DNA of 64,000 nucleotides, from assembly GCF_009914755.1 (NCBI RefSeq), contig NC_060932.1. One strand, given 5' to 3'. Below the pieces are notes generated by a model. It saw only the letters and a list, made by a program, of their open reading frames with translations. It did not search any database and was not told where the DNA came from. Made by a program: the position numbers and the translations under genes. Source of the DNA: the human T2T-CHM13v2.0 reference genome, Homo sapiens. Positions 40,393-55,896 of the stretch are shown here, in pieces (the first letter of the stretch is position 1; each line of letters opens with the position of its first letter).

Positions 40393-40750
40393 TGAAGCAG
40401 GAAAATAGGGTCTGGAGGCAGGAAATATAAGGCCAATTCACACTTCAGCTGTGACAGGAAATATCCTCTCCTTAGAGCAGACACAGAGTAAATGACTTTG
40501 TAACTTTACTTCAGCCTCTTCATTTATATACGGCGTACACCAAGTAGCCAGTGGAAACCCTTAGAGGGTATTTAAACCCATGCAAATTCTGTAACAGGGC
40601 CCTTGAGCCCCTATGCTTGGGCCCACTCCCACCCTGTGGAGTGTACTTTCATTTTCCATAAATCCCTCATTCTTTCCTCACTTTGTTTGTGTGTTTTGTC
40701 CTATTCTTTGTCCAAGATGCCAAGAACCTGGACACCTTCCACCAGTAACA
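40393..40750 (+). mobile_element. ERV1 solo LTR (MER61/MER51 group)
   Basis: TGAAGCAGGAAAATAGGGTCTGGAGGCAGG...CCAAGAACCTGGACACC...GTAACA; 4-bp TSD TGTT on both sides. Confidence 0.85.
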
Positions 40751-41151
40751 TGTTGACATGAAGCCCTTTGTGTGCAGTTTTCCTATGGGAAAAAGGCCTC
40801 AAAGATGGGTTTACTTTCTATAACCCATGTGGAGTCCCATGCTGGGAATCTGAGGGGGCCTCTCGTGGGAAGATGCTGTGAAATACACCTAGGAGAGGGT
40901 GTGTGTGTGTGCGTGTGTGTGTGTGGTGATCGTGGTTGTAGTGGGGGGTGGAACTGTGTGTTTTGAAGTTTTGGGGATTGTATGCACTATAAACAGACTC
41001 CAGTTTGTTTAATTAAGGATAAAGGTTCATTAACTGGAAGATCCCTGGCCTGCTCAGGGACTGAAGAAGAGTTGAACAATGAAGACGCCCACAGTGCAAG
41101 AAGTGGGTGGCTTGGGGAAATGGCAGCAAGTGTTTTCGGTTCTCTGGAGAT

Positions 41152-41360
41152 CACGGGTGGGCAACAATTTTCTGTAAGGTGCCAGGTAGTAAATAGTTTC
41201 CGCTCTGGGGCCATACTCAGTTATGCTTATCCTGTGAAAGGAGCCATAGGCTGCATGCATGAGTGTGGCTGTGATCCGATGAAACTCTATTACATATTTA
41301 CAAAAACAGGCAGTGGCCGAATTTGGTCCTCAGGCAGTGGGAGCTGGCGCCTGGCCTGGA
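41152..41360. mobile_element. MER58A-like hAT MITE
   Basis: TTTTCTGTAAGGTGCCAGGTAGTAAATA...TTTACAAAAACAGGCAGTGGCC. Confidence 0.7.
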
Positions 41361-41473
41361 CTGAAGCTATAATTAGGATGGTGATTTCCTCCCTGCGGTC
41401 ACTGCACTTTTTCCATGTGGGACTCCACCTCCTCAAAGGAGTGATTCTGTTGGGGAAAGCCAGGCTGTGATTG

Positions 41474-41897
41474 CGTGGAGGCAGAAGCAGCTCCATCTCG
41501 GATGCTGATCTGCCACGTTGACCTCTGATTAACCCCAGTTCCGGGATGCCTCTAAGATTTGGCTTTTATCTACTCTTCCTTGCGTAAGAGCATCTACTTA
41601 CCTAGTAAATCCTGCCATTAGGTTAAACTATCTTGAACATAAATCCTGCCCTTAGGCAGATTCACATTCATTCTTGTCTTTCCCTTTCCCTGAGAGGTCC
41701 ACTTCAATTGTCCTACACATCTCTTCCCTGGGTCTGAAGGTAATGGCCCAGGGAGACCATGTCTCTGGAGACTGGAGCTTGTTTGTAAGTCTCTGCTAAA
41801 TGTTGCTTTCTGAAAAACAATATGTCAGCCTCTTTCCCCGGCCTCTCAGCTTCCTCAGATTTTGGAACAGGTGTGCATAGGCCTACCCACCAAGACA
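41474..41897 (+). mobile_element. Solo LTR (LTR47-like)
   Basis: GTGGAGGCAGAAGCAGCTCCATCTCGGATGCT...TCTGATTAACCCCAGTTCCGGG. Confidence 0.65.
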
Positions 41898-43377
41898 GAT
41901 CTGTTTAGTACCCTAGGCTCAAGCCAGTCAATTCACTGACTCACCACTGACCACAATGATTGGCTCAAGTTGTTCCAATCAGATTAAAGCAGGGGCTTTT
42001 GTTCAGTGAAAGAGAGAAAGGTTTTTCTCCTGATCACCTCTCCCTCTCTTTCCCTTCCTCCATCTCTTCCTCCTGTACAGGAACAGCTGATATCTGTGCA
42101 GGAGCACATGAAGTCTGACGTTTTTGTCGAGTCAGGATCCAGGGCTTCTGCCCACATCCCTTTCCAATCAAGTCACACCAGATTGAGCTAATTCCATGTC
42201 CTGAGCTCTTACTATGTGCCAAGTGCCAGTGAGTCCCAGCAGGTGGAGAGATGCATGAGCCAGAAGAAACAATTCCCCATGTCCTCAACAGCTTGTGACT
42301 GGCGAGGAAGATGGAAGCACAACCAACAAAATCACAACACAATGTGATGCAGCAAAGATGAAGCATGAGGACAAGGCATTGCCCTTGCATAGAGGAGGTG
42401 GCAGGGCTGGAAGAAGGAGGTACTGGACCAGCAGAGGTCATGTCGGAGCAGATACTTGAAGACACTGTGGCTTCACCGGGACACATGCACACAGAGAAAC
42501 ATGTGCAGCATCACAAAGGGTGAAAAACCCTGGTGTGCTCAGAGATCCCTCTTCGTATCTTTCATAGTCTACCTGCCAAAGTGAGACCTGGGCTTCTTTA
42601 GAATGACAGACCCAAAGAGGTGCCTCAATGCCATCACTCAATAGCTGATTGAAGCCCCAGCCAGCAGATGCTGGGAGCAGCTGACCTTGGCCGAGCCCAT
42701 TGATGGCAGAGGTAAGGAGCTGGCTCTCCAGGACAGATGTCCTCAGGTTACATGTGCAGCCGTCAGGCTTCTGCCTGAGCCACCTCCAAGCAAATCTGCA
42801 GCCTTCTGGACTCTGTAATGCACTGCATGAGGCTGGGTTGATGTCAAATAAACTTGCATCCCAATTCTGGCCCAGAAATTTTTCATCTGTGTGACCCTGG
42901 GCAAGTCACTTTATGTCCCTGACTGCAGTTAGCTTATATGCACAAAGAGGTTATTTAAATCCGTCTCCAAGAGTGGTTGTGGGGCTGGAAACATGTGTAT
43001 AGCCAGTCTGGCACACAGTGGAGCTTAGTAGCTATGAGAAAGGAATGTTACTAATCCCGTAAGGCTGGTGCGGGGGTGTGCAAGGACTCCTTGGAAGCAG
43101 AGGTTGGCAAGGGCCAGAGCTTCAGAACCTGTGGAAACAGGTGAAGACTTCTTTGAGAAATCAAGTCTGTCTACTCTCCCGGGCTGCTTGAGTCATCGGT
43201 TGACCCAGATGTAGCCTTGGGCAGGTATGCCACCATCTTTACCCCTGCGTGACACTCCTAACAAGCCAGGACTCTACACCTGTGTGGATGAGATCACCAC
43301 CAACCCACGCACACCTCCTCCCAGGACAGGTCCTGACCTTTGACCTTTGGGCTCCTCCCAGAGCTCTTCCAACCACC

Positions 43378-44524
<1,147 letters not shown>

Positions 44525-46054
44525 TGTTGAAATGCCTGAATGCTGGGACTTCAACCATGCACCATGTATATCTGTTTAAAATATGTATTTGTTTTAAAAA
44601 TTAATTCAATTAATTACAAATAGATTAATTGATATTTCTGTTTTTAAAATTAAGCCTGATACTATTGAAACAAACAAACAAACAAAATACAGCTTAGATG
44701 GGCCAGGACATCCCTGCTGTGGAGGAAGGCTGTTTGAAAGAGCCTTTACCATGCATAGCTTGGTGGGGCAGCTTTCACAAAACCTCCACATTCCTTGTAT
44801 ATGGCTGCATCCACATTTCCAATGAACGGCATGGGTAGAATGGATTGCACTGAGCCTCTCTGGACACTGATGGACTTAGCAGCAAGGCCATTATGCTATT
44901 TGATGTTTGGAGGTGGAGGGCCCCCAGGGGTGATTTGTTGTCATTGTTGGGTACTGACTCCTGCATTTGTGGCCAGAGCATTTTCACAGTTTCACAGTTG
45001 CGCTCCACTCTGCAGGCTTGTCAGCAGCCTCTGCAAATTGCAGGTCGCCTCCCTCAAGTTGCTAAACCTTGAAAAGAGCAGGACCTCAGCTGCCCAGACA
45101 GAGAGTGGTGTCTTTTTCCAAACCTATGGCCAGCTGGGTGGGTGCCCCAAAGGAGCACTGGGGGTTCAGTGAGATGTGAATTCAAGTTCTAGAATGTTCT
45201 CATTATGTGCAACCAAGGGGCTGCCTCTTGGTGGCTGTTGCCGCTTTCCTTTCCCTTAGATGTGGTGGGAAGAGCCCCACTGCAGGGCGAGGAGCCAGGG
45301 GAGAGGAACAGAGCCTTTCTTAGCCCCAGAATTGTGGCCTGAGAGACCCCAGTAATGCCAACTAACACCAGGCGGGATCCTAGGATTGTCACATGCGAGA
45401 CTCATAACAGGGGCTTAAGTGAGACCACGTGCTCTGCTGGCTATCCTGGGTCTGTGAGAACATTGACTGAGGTCCCAGGTGACAATGGCTTGCTATGCCC
45501 AGCTGGCGGATGGTGAGAAGAGGCCTCATTGAAACCACCTATCGCATCCAGGATCTTTACCGCAGGACCTCTGAGCCACAGAGTGGGGTAGGGGAGCTCT
45601 GGGGAACACAGATAGCTTTATAGCTTCTGCTTAGACAATAACTATCTCTCAGGGCTGGGGGAGCCCAGGGCAGCCCGTGGGGCTCCACAGGGAAGCACCA
45701 AGAGAAGTTCCCTGGGTGGCCTTAGAACCAATCTTCCCTCCTTTCTCAAGTACATGCAATGTGCTGTGGGAGGCCCTGGAGACGCACTGCCCTTCTACTG
45801 CAATCTGTTTAATGATTAACTTCTTTTAGCTCTCTGGACATGTTGAGGGTGGGAGGGGTGTCACCAAATTGTAAATCATCCAGCTGAGGTGAGTGATTTT
45901 TGCACCGGACATTGTGCCAGGCATGGGGGTAAATGAGGCCCCCTGCCTGGCCCCCTCTTCTGGGTGCACAGTTGACTGCACAAAAATATGCTCTGCAACA
46001 AAGGATCAAAACAAGCCCAGAGAAGAGAGGGTCTCTAAGGGGATGACTGTGTGA

Positions 46055-46464
<410 letters not shown>

Positions 46465-46725
46465 ATCATTTAGTATTTAAACAATTATCCCATGTAGAGG
46501 TAAAAACCCAGACTTCTCCCTTACTTCGAAAGTTTCAAGGATTCTCAGAGACTTCCTCATTTCCTCAGTTTCTCTTGTACCAGTTCTATGCTTTAACATT
46601 AAATTAGTCATCCCAAATACATTTTCTTTCTTTGTCTTGGTTTGGGTCCCCTAACACCCTGAGATGATAACTCGGTGCAAGTTTTCTGTTTGAAAAATCA
46701 TCCCAGGAAACACTAGTCCTGTAAT

Positions 46726-47308
46726 TGAAGGGGCTACGTTGTCTGGAGTATATAAGCTGGGGTTCATTGTCATGCGCCAGGAAAATTTAGGACATGGACA
46801 CGCATGAGCAGTTTAGGAGCGGAGGTTTAATAGGTGGAAGAGAAGAGAAAGAGAAATAGCTTACTCTATAGAGGAAGGGGTCTCTCAACGTAAAGGACCG
46901 GCTGGTGGCAAATGCGCTGAGTTTTATAGTTCACTTTGAGGACGTGGTGTCAGATTTACGTGGGGCTCACAGATTAGCTAGATCAGGTATGACGTTTACA
47001 TAGTGCGCAGGGAAGGCTGGTCGCCCACCCTGATCTTCTTATGCAAATGGGCTTTCCAGTTGATCCGTGCCATCTTATCTGCTCCTTACAATACACCTGG
47101 CTGGCAGAGAAGGGAAGATGGAGCCTCCATCTTGAAAATATCTAGTCCTTAGTTCCTACCGGCATTCACCCGTGCAAGCTCCCAGCTTGCAGGCTGCTCT
47201 TTGTTAGAAAATGATTTGGGGCTGCTTTTCATTAAAAAGAATAGCATTACTGAGGACTCCCATGCCCTTACTATCTGCCTAAGTAATTTATTCTTAACTC
47301 CTGTATCA
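46726..47308 (-). mobile_element. ERV1 solo LTR (LTR9/MER50-like) nested in an older ERVL-type LTR
   Basis: Minus strand starts TGATACAGGAGTTAAGAATAAATTACTTAGGCAGATAG; TG...CA ends; TSD-like TAAT / TAAG. Confidence 0.7.
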
Positions 47309-48274
47309 TAAGGATGTGGGGAGGTGGCGAGGGAAAGAGGGTCACTTAAGGGTGTGTTATGAAGCCAGGTACTACTGTGGGCAGCTGATCTCAGTCCACT
47401 GGGGGCTCTGAGAGATTACATAGAATGTGATGCAAAGTTGTCTCCACTGAGGGGCAAGGAAGCTCGGATATTTATCCTCCACTTCTTCCGTCCGTCGCTG
47501 GCTGAGGGCTGATTCTGGGGCCTAATGCAGGCTGATGTGGGTGGCCTCTAGAAGCTGGAAAAGGAAAGTCCTCCCCTGGGGAGTTCAGAGGCCTTAGAGG
47601 GAGCAGCAAAGGTGACAGCTATCTACAATGTCATGCAAAATGTGACATAGTATGAGCGAGGGCGGACAGCCTTGGGAACCAAGAAGGGTTCTTGCACCAG
47701 CCCGTGGGTGCTGGAGAAGCTCGCTACAAAGATGAAGTAGCTGAGCTCCTTCTGAAAGTAAACTGGGGGTCAGCCAGGGGTGAAAGGCTGCCCTGGGATG
47801 ATGGACTCCCAGGGGACGTCGTGGAGGAGCCGCATCAGAGAGAAACAGCACAGTGTATTAGGAATACATAGGTGACTTACCCAACACTGGAGGCCTGGTG
47901 GGGGCTGAGGCGGGAGGTGAGGCTCAGGGGGTCACCAACACCAGGTGTGAAGCACTGGGGCAGCAGGAAGAGCGGGGCACTCCAAGGAACAATGGGGCCA
48001 GGTGTGGGGTCTTGGCATCCTCGTTACACCCAGTTGAGTTTGGGAGAAGGAAGGGGAGGGTGGGGTCACTCTCCCTCTTGGATCCCCCATCACATTGTGC
48101 TCGGCAGCTGGGCAGTGCCAGCCCAGGGCGCAGTGCTTTATGAATATTCACCCGTTTACTTTTCAGAACCACTTTGTGGAGTAAATGGTATTATTTAATC
48201 CACTGCACAGATGAGGAAACTGAAGCACGAGGATATTAGATTACTTTCTTGAGGTTAACATTGTTGAATAGAGA

Positions 48275-48745
48275 TGTGGTAGACCGAATAATGTCCCCCA
48301 CAAAGATGTCCATGTCCTAATTCTGGAAACCTCTAAATATGTTATTTCACATGGCAAAGGGACTTTGCCGACGTGATTAAGTTAAGAATCTTGAGACGGA
48401 GGAATTATCCTAGATTATTTGACTGAGCCCAATGTAATCACAGTGGTCTCTACAAGAGGAAGGCTGGAGCGGCAGCATCGGTGGGGATGTGATAACAGAA
48501 ACAGTGTTAGGAGTGATGCAGCCACAAGCCAGGAAATTCAAGCAGCCTCTGGAAGCTGCAGAAGCAAGGAACATGTCCTCTCCTAGAGCCCCAGAAGGAA
48601 CCCCGTCTTACTGATACTTTGATTATAGCCCCCTAAGTCCATTTTGGACTTTCTGAACTTCAGAACTATAAGATATTCAATTTATGTTGTTTTAAGCTGC
48701 AAAGTTTGTGAAAATCTGTTACAACAGCAACAAGAAAGTAATACA
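48275..48745 (+). mobile_element. MLT1D-like solo LTR
   Basis: TGTGGTAGACCGAATAATG...ATGGCAAAGGGACTTTGC...AAGAAAGTAATACA. Confidence 0.82.
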
Positions 48746-49584
48746 ATATGTAATGGGCTCCATTCTACCTAGTAGATGGAGTGTGGGTTCCCTATGTGAC
48801 ACTGAGGTGGGAAGACAGACGTGTAAAGGACAGATTCATTGCACAAGTAAGCCTCTGGGATGCCCTAAATTCTAAAGCCTTTGGCGTAATAGTCGTGATC
48901 CGTTACAATCTTTCTGAATTGCCATGTTCCCCACCTTCCCCCTGCTAACTTTCCCCAGCCCCTGGCATTGCGGCTTCCCCTGGTGAGGACATGCTATTCA
49001 TCTGCGCCTTGAATGCTCAGCCCTCAAAGCTCATCCCGCTGGTTCCTCTACCTGGAGATTGCTTTTCCCCAGGTTCAATTTACTCAAATCATTCTTGTCT
49101 TTCGAGGTTAAGGACAGCAGGAGGTTTTTATACTTCTTGGACAATAGGACTCGGTCTTTTGGGAACTGGACTATTTAAAGCATTTGAGCTTCTAAAAATC
49201 CTATAGAGGATTATGGAAGACTTTGTTCCTCGCCAGCTATGGGGTTGGCACACATCAGATTTTTAAATTAGAGATAGTCTAGAATGCTCCTAGGTGGGCG
49301 TGAGGGGTAGGAGAAAGGAGAAAGTATTGTTATTGAACACCTCTTTCTGCCAGGTGCTGCAGGGGCCCTTCTTCTTTTTGTGCTTCTTATCCAGGTTGAC
49401 GAGCACATGGTTAACAGAATGCGCTCCAGAGCCAGAATGTTCAGCTTCAAATTCGAACGTTGCCAGCTTCTAGCTATCTAACCTAGGGCGACATCTTATC
49501 TCTATTCTTTCCTTTCCTCATCTATAAAATGAGAATAACAGCATAGGCCTTGTTGTGAGGATCACACAGTTAATGCATTTTAAT

Positions 49585-49940
<356 letters not shown>

Positions 49941-51444
49941 TGAAATAGCTGCTAGTTGTTATAATGATGATCATCAATGTCATAGTTACAGCATCCTTAT
50001 TTCTTACTCCACGAAAAAGATTTATTGTCATCTCTATTTTGGAGGTGACAAAACTGAAGCTCACAGAGGTCAATTGCATGCCCAAAGCCACATGGAGAGC
50101 GGATCAGAGATGGCTTTCAATACCAGAGCTCTCTTTTAGTGCCGAGCAATTTCTGAAACTTTATTTTCCTCTGTACGTCCAGGACACACAACACTTGGGC
50201 TGTCTCTTCCCAGTGATCCGATTCCCAGGCCCTTGGGCTCTGTCAGTTCCAATTCCCAGCATGCTCAGAGGCTCTGTCCTTCGATAATGAGTTCTCTGTC
50301 AATTACCAGCTCCTGCCCAGCAGCCTCCGGGGCAGTGTGGGCCAATTGTCCTGTCAGGCTGGGGGCTGAGCAGAGCGTCTCAACTTGGGCAGCTACTCAG
50401 TGGTCAATCACAATCTAAAACAGAGACATCAGGGTGGCCTTATGCCCGGTGATTTCTGGAAACCAGCCAGCCCTTCTCCCCAATAAGACACTCAATTTCT
50501 CAGCATGCAGTTTTCTACCAGACTTTTTATGCTAAGCCAGGCTAGTCCTGATTGTAATTGGTTCTGGCTAGTTCCCGTAGGAGCTGTTAAATCTTTTATT
50601 TGCTCACTATCTGGGGAAGTCCTCCACCTTTGGGAACTAACCCTTACACCCCTAAGAAAAGGTGTCTCCCCTGACCCTTGCTAGAACATATTCTTTCACT
50701 CCTGTCCCACCTCACCCCAGGCATCAGCAGTATCTTTAAATGGACATTATTTTTAATCTTCTAGAAAAACTAGTGTGCCCTGATTTCTTTGGTAGACTTT
50801 AAGCCTAGGGCTCCAAACATCTGCTTCTCTGTAGGGAGTATTTGCTGGCAAATCAACCTTCTATTCAATAAGAACTAGCCAGTAGAAGCCCTGCCAAATT
50901 ATCCTTGTGCTTTCTACAGGTTTCATTGGAAGTTTATGGTGTTCAACATGCGTGGTCACTAAGTTTAAATGGTGCATTGATTTAGGATTTACCTCTTAGC
51001 TGGAGATGGTTTCTCATCAGCCCAGGATCCTAGTAACGGCACAGAGCTGGAGCTGTCTGTGGTCACAAAACACTTGTCACAGCTATGATCCTATTTGGTC
51101 CTGAGAGTAAGTCTTCAAAGTAGCGGTTATTTTTATCTCTGTTTACCAGATGAGGAAATGGGGCTCAGAATGGTTAAATAATTTGCCCCAAGGCCAAAGA
51201 GTTATGACAGACCCAGGATTTGAACCTGATGTCATTTGAATGCCAAGCTTCTTGTTCTTTTTACTGTGTCCATTTTCAATTGTCTGTTCATTTATTCCAA
51301 GCCTATTTATTGAGAGCTTACCAGACAATGATCTAGGCCCCAGGAGCCCAGCAGCAATGAAATGGTTTCCACCCTGGGGGAGAAAAGCAATGAACAGACA
51401 ATATTGGAAAGTGGTAATTGCTCTGCAGAGGATTTAAATAAGGT

Positions 51445-52045
51445 GAGGCTGGTGGAAGTGTAAACTGGGACAGGCTCTGTAAAGAGCAATTGGGCAATAG
51501 CTATCAACATTTAAAATGTGCATCGACTTTGATGTGGCAGTTTGGCTCCTAGGAAATTTATCCTACAAACATGTTAGCACATATGCAAAGCAGCTCATAT
51601 GTGTACAAGGATATTCACTGCATCACTGAACTAGCAAAAAAAAGGGGAAATAATGTAAATGTCCATCAATAGAGAATACAGTGTATCCCTACAATAGAGC
51701 CCTCTGGAACTATTAAAAAGAGTAAGGCAATTTCTAAATAGATAGATGGATAGAGATACAACACAACATCTAAGATGTTTTGTGAAGTGAAAAAAGCATC
51801 TTATAGAACAGCATATTGAGTGTGCTGCCATTTAATTATGGGAAAAATCAAACAAAAGAATACATGTATGTTATTAATCACATAGCCCACATGAAGAAAG
51901 ACTATTTGAGAAAGTAGGGACAAGAGTTACCTCCAGGGACTATTGGGATGGCTGGAGAAAGGAGAAGGAAAAAAATGTTTGCTTTTTTCCCTCCTTGTAT
52001 AACCTTTGGTATCTTTTGAATGTGCATGCACTGATTATTCCAGAA
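51445..52045 (+). mobile_element. Old L1M (L1ME-like) 3' end
   Basis: GTGTAAACTGG...CTAGGAAATTTATCCTAC...GGATATTCACTGCA...AATGTCCATCAATAG. Confidence 0.65.
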
Positions 52046-55000
52046 CATACGTTAAATTTATTTGTTGTTATTATTATTTCAATAATTTTCGGAGAACAGG
52101 GGGTGTTTGGTTACACGGGTAAGTTCTTTAGTGGCGATTTCTGAGATTTTGGTGCATCCGTCACCTGAGCAGTGTACGTTGTACCCAATGTGTAGTCTCT
52201 TATTCTTCACCTCCCCTCCCAATCTTCCCCCCAAGATTTCAGAGGTCATTATATGATTCTTACACCTTTGCATCCTCATAGCTTATATCCCACTTATAAG
52301 TGAGAAAATATGATATTTGATTTTCCATTCCTGAGTTACTTCACTTAAAATAATGGTCTCCAACTCCATCCAGGTTGCTGTGAATGCCATTATTTTGTTC
52401 CTTTTAATGACTGAGTAGTATTCCATGGTATGTATATACCACACATTTTCTTTATCCATATGTTGATTGATGGGCATTTGGGCTGGCTCCATATTTTTGC
52501 AATTGTGAATTGTGTTGCTATAAACATGCATGTGCAAGCATCTTTTTCATATAGTGAATTCTTTTCCTCTGGGTAGATAGCCAGTAGTGGGATTCCTAGA
52601 TCAAATGATGGATCTACTTTTAGTTATTTAGGGAATCTCCACACTATTGTCCATAGTAGTTGTACTAGTTTACAGTCCCACCAGCAGTATAAGTGTTTCC
52701 TTTTCACCATATCCACGCCAACATCTATTATTTTTTGATTTTTTAATATGGCCATTTTTGCAGGAATAAAATGTTATCACATTGGGGTTTTGATTTGTAT
52801 TTCCCTGATAATTAGTGATGTTGAACATTTTTTTCATATGTTTATTGGCCATTTGCATATCTTCTTTTGAGAATTTTCTATTCACGTCCTTAGCCCAGTT
52901 TTTGATGAAATTATTTGTTTTTTTCTTGCTGATTTGTTTGAGTTTCTTATAGATTCTGGATATTAGTTCTTTGTCGAATGCATAGTTTGCAAAGATTTTC
53001 TACCACTCTATGGGTTGTCTGTTTACTCTGCTGATTATTTCTTTTGCCGTGCAGAAGCTTTTTAGTTTAATTAGGTTCCATCTGTTTATCTTTGTTTTTG
53101 TTGCATTTGCTTTTTGGTTCTTTGTCATGAACTCTTTGCCTAAGCCAATGTCTACAAGAGTTTTTCTGATGTTATCTTCTAGAATTTTTATGGTTTCAGG
53201 TCTTAGATTTATGTCTTTCATCTATCTTGAGTTGATTTTTGTGTAAGGTGAGAGATGAAGATCCAACTTCATTCTTCTACCTGTGGCTTGCCTATTATCC
53301 AAGCACCGTTTGTTGAATAGGGTGTCCTTTCCCCACTTTATGTTTTTGTTTGCTTTGTCAAATACCAGTTGGCTGTAAGTATTTGACTTGATTTCTGGAT
53401 TCTCTATTCTGTTCCATTAGTCTAAAAACATGCCTATTTTTATACCAGTACCGTGCTGTTTTGGTAACTATAGCCTCGTAGTAAAATTTGAGGTTGGGTA
53501 ATGTGATGCCTCCAGATTTGTTCTTTTTGCTTAGTCATTTTTTAGCTGCGCAGGCTTTTTTGGTTCCACATGAATTTCAGGATTGTTTTTTCTAGTTCTG
53601 TGAATAATGATGATGGTATTTTGATAGGAATTGCTTTGAATTTATAGATTGCTTTTGGCAATATGGTCATTTTCACAACATTGATTTTATCTATCCATGA
53701 GCATGGGATGTGTTTCCATTTGTTTGGGTCATGTATGACTTCTTTTAGCAGTGTTTTGTAGTTTTCCTTATAGAGATTTTCACCTGTTTGGTTAGGTGTA
53801 TTCCTAAGTATTTTATTTTATTTTATTGCAACTGTTGTAAAAGAGGTTAAGTACTTTATTTGATTCTCAGCTTAGTTGCTGTTGTTGTATAGCAGTGCTA
53901 CTGATTTGTGTGCATTGATTTTGTATCTGAAACTTTACTGAATTCATTTATCAGATCTAGGAGCTTTTTGGATGAGTTTTTAGGGTTTTTGAGGTATACA
54001 ATCATATCATTGGCAAACAGTGACAGTTTTTACTTCCTGTTTACCCATTTAGATACTATTTATTTCTTTCTCTTGTCTGCTTGTTCTGGCTAGGACTTCC
54101 AGTATGATTTTGAATAGAAGTGGTGAAAATGGGCATCCTTGTCTTGTTCCAGTTCTCAGGGGGAATGCTTTCAACTTTTCCCCATTCAGTGTAATGTTGG
54201 TTGTGGGTTTGTCATAGACGTCATTTATTACCTTAAGGTATGTCCCTTCTATGCTGATTTTACTGAGAGTTTTAATCACAAAGCGATACTGGATTTTGTC
54301 AAATGCTTCCGGTGCATCTATTGAGATGATCATAAGAGTTTTGTTTTTAATTCTGTTTGTGTGATGAATCGCATTTATTGACTTCTGTATGTCAAACCAA
54401 CTCTGCACCCCTGGTATGAATTCTACTTGATTATGGTGGATTATATTTTTGGTATGTTCTTCAATTCAGTTAGCTAGTATTTTGTTGAGGATTTTTGCAT
54501 CTATGTTCATCAGGGATGTTGGTCTGTAATTTTCTCTTTTTGTTATGTCCTTTGCTGGTTTTGGTATTAGGGTGATAATGGCTTCACAGAATAATTTAGG
54601 AAGGATTCCCTGTTTCTCTATCTTTTGAAATAGTTTCAGTAGAATTGATACCCATTCTTCTTTGAATGTCTGATAGAATTCAGCTGTGAATTCATCTGGT
54701 CCTGGACTGTTTATATTGGCAATTTTTTAAATTACTGTTGCAATCTTGCTATTGTTATTGGTCGGTTCAGAGTTTCTATTTCTTCTTGGTTTAATCTAGG
54801 AAGGTTGTATATTTCCCGGAATTTATCTATCGCTTCTAGGTTTCCTAGTTTGTGTGCATAACAATGTTCCTAGTAGTTTTGAATGATCTTTTTTATTTCT
54901 GTGCTATTGGTTGTAATATCTCATGTTTCATTTCTAATTGAGCTTAGTTGGATCTTCTCTCTTCTTTTCTTAGTTAATCTTGCTAATGGTGTATCGATTT

Positions 55001-55689
55001 TGTGTATTTTTTAAAAGAACCAGCTTTTTGTTTTATTTCTCTCTTGTATTATTTGTTGTTGTTTGCTTCAATTTAATTTGGTTCTGCTCTGATCTTTGTT
55101 ATTTCTTTTCTTCTGCTGGGTTTGGGTTTTTTGGTTGAACAAAAGAAATGATTTGTTTTTTTCTTGTTTCTCTAGTTCCTTGAGGTGTGAGCTAAGAGTT
55201 TCTATTTGTGCTCTTTCAGACTTTTTAATGTAGACATTTAATGCTATAAGCTTTCCTCTTAGTACTGCTTTTGCTGTATCCCAGAGGTTTTGATAGGTTG
55301 CGCCACTATTGTTGTTCAGTTCAAAGAACTTTTTAATTTCCATCTTTATTACATTGTTGACCCAGAGATCTTTCAGGAGCAGACTGTTTAATTTCCATGT
55401 ATTTGTATGGTTTTGAGGGTTCCCTTTGGAGTTAATTTCAAGTTTTATTCCATTGTAGTCTGAGAGAGTACTTGATATAATTTCAATTTTCTTAAGTTTA
55501 TTGAGCCTTGTTTTGTGGCCTGTCATATGGTCTATCTTGGAGAATGTTCCATTTGCTGATGGAAAGAATGTGTATTCTGCAGTTGTTGTGTAGAATGTTC
55601 TGTAAATAGCTGTTAAGTCCATTTTTTTTTGTGGAGTATAGTTTAAGTCCATTGTTTCTTTTAAAACGTTGTTGCTTTAAATCTGTTTT

Positions 55690-55896
55690 ACAATTAAATA
55701 CACATTTCCCATACAATCCAGCAACCCTACCCCCAGGTTCATTCAGGAGAAATGACAACCTATATTCATACAAACACCTATATGTGAATGTTCATAGTGG
55801 TTTTATTCATAATCACCAAACAGTCCAAACTGTCCAAATGTCCTTCTACTGGATAATGGATAAACAAAGTATGATACATTCATATAGTAAAAAAAA
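55690..55896 (+). mobile_element. Polyadenylated old L1M fragment inserted antisense into the L1PB
   Basis: CCATACAATCCAGCAA...GAATGTTCATAG...CCAAATGTCC...ATGGATAAACAAA, then an A-run; degenerate TSD AAATCTGTTTT / AAAGTTCGTTTT. Confidence 0.7.

Noticed and set aside
40384-40393. p53 half-site AGGCATGTTT at the LTR junction
   Set aside because: It is only one half-site, with no adjacent second decamer matching RRRCWWGYYY.
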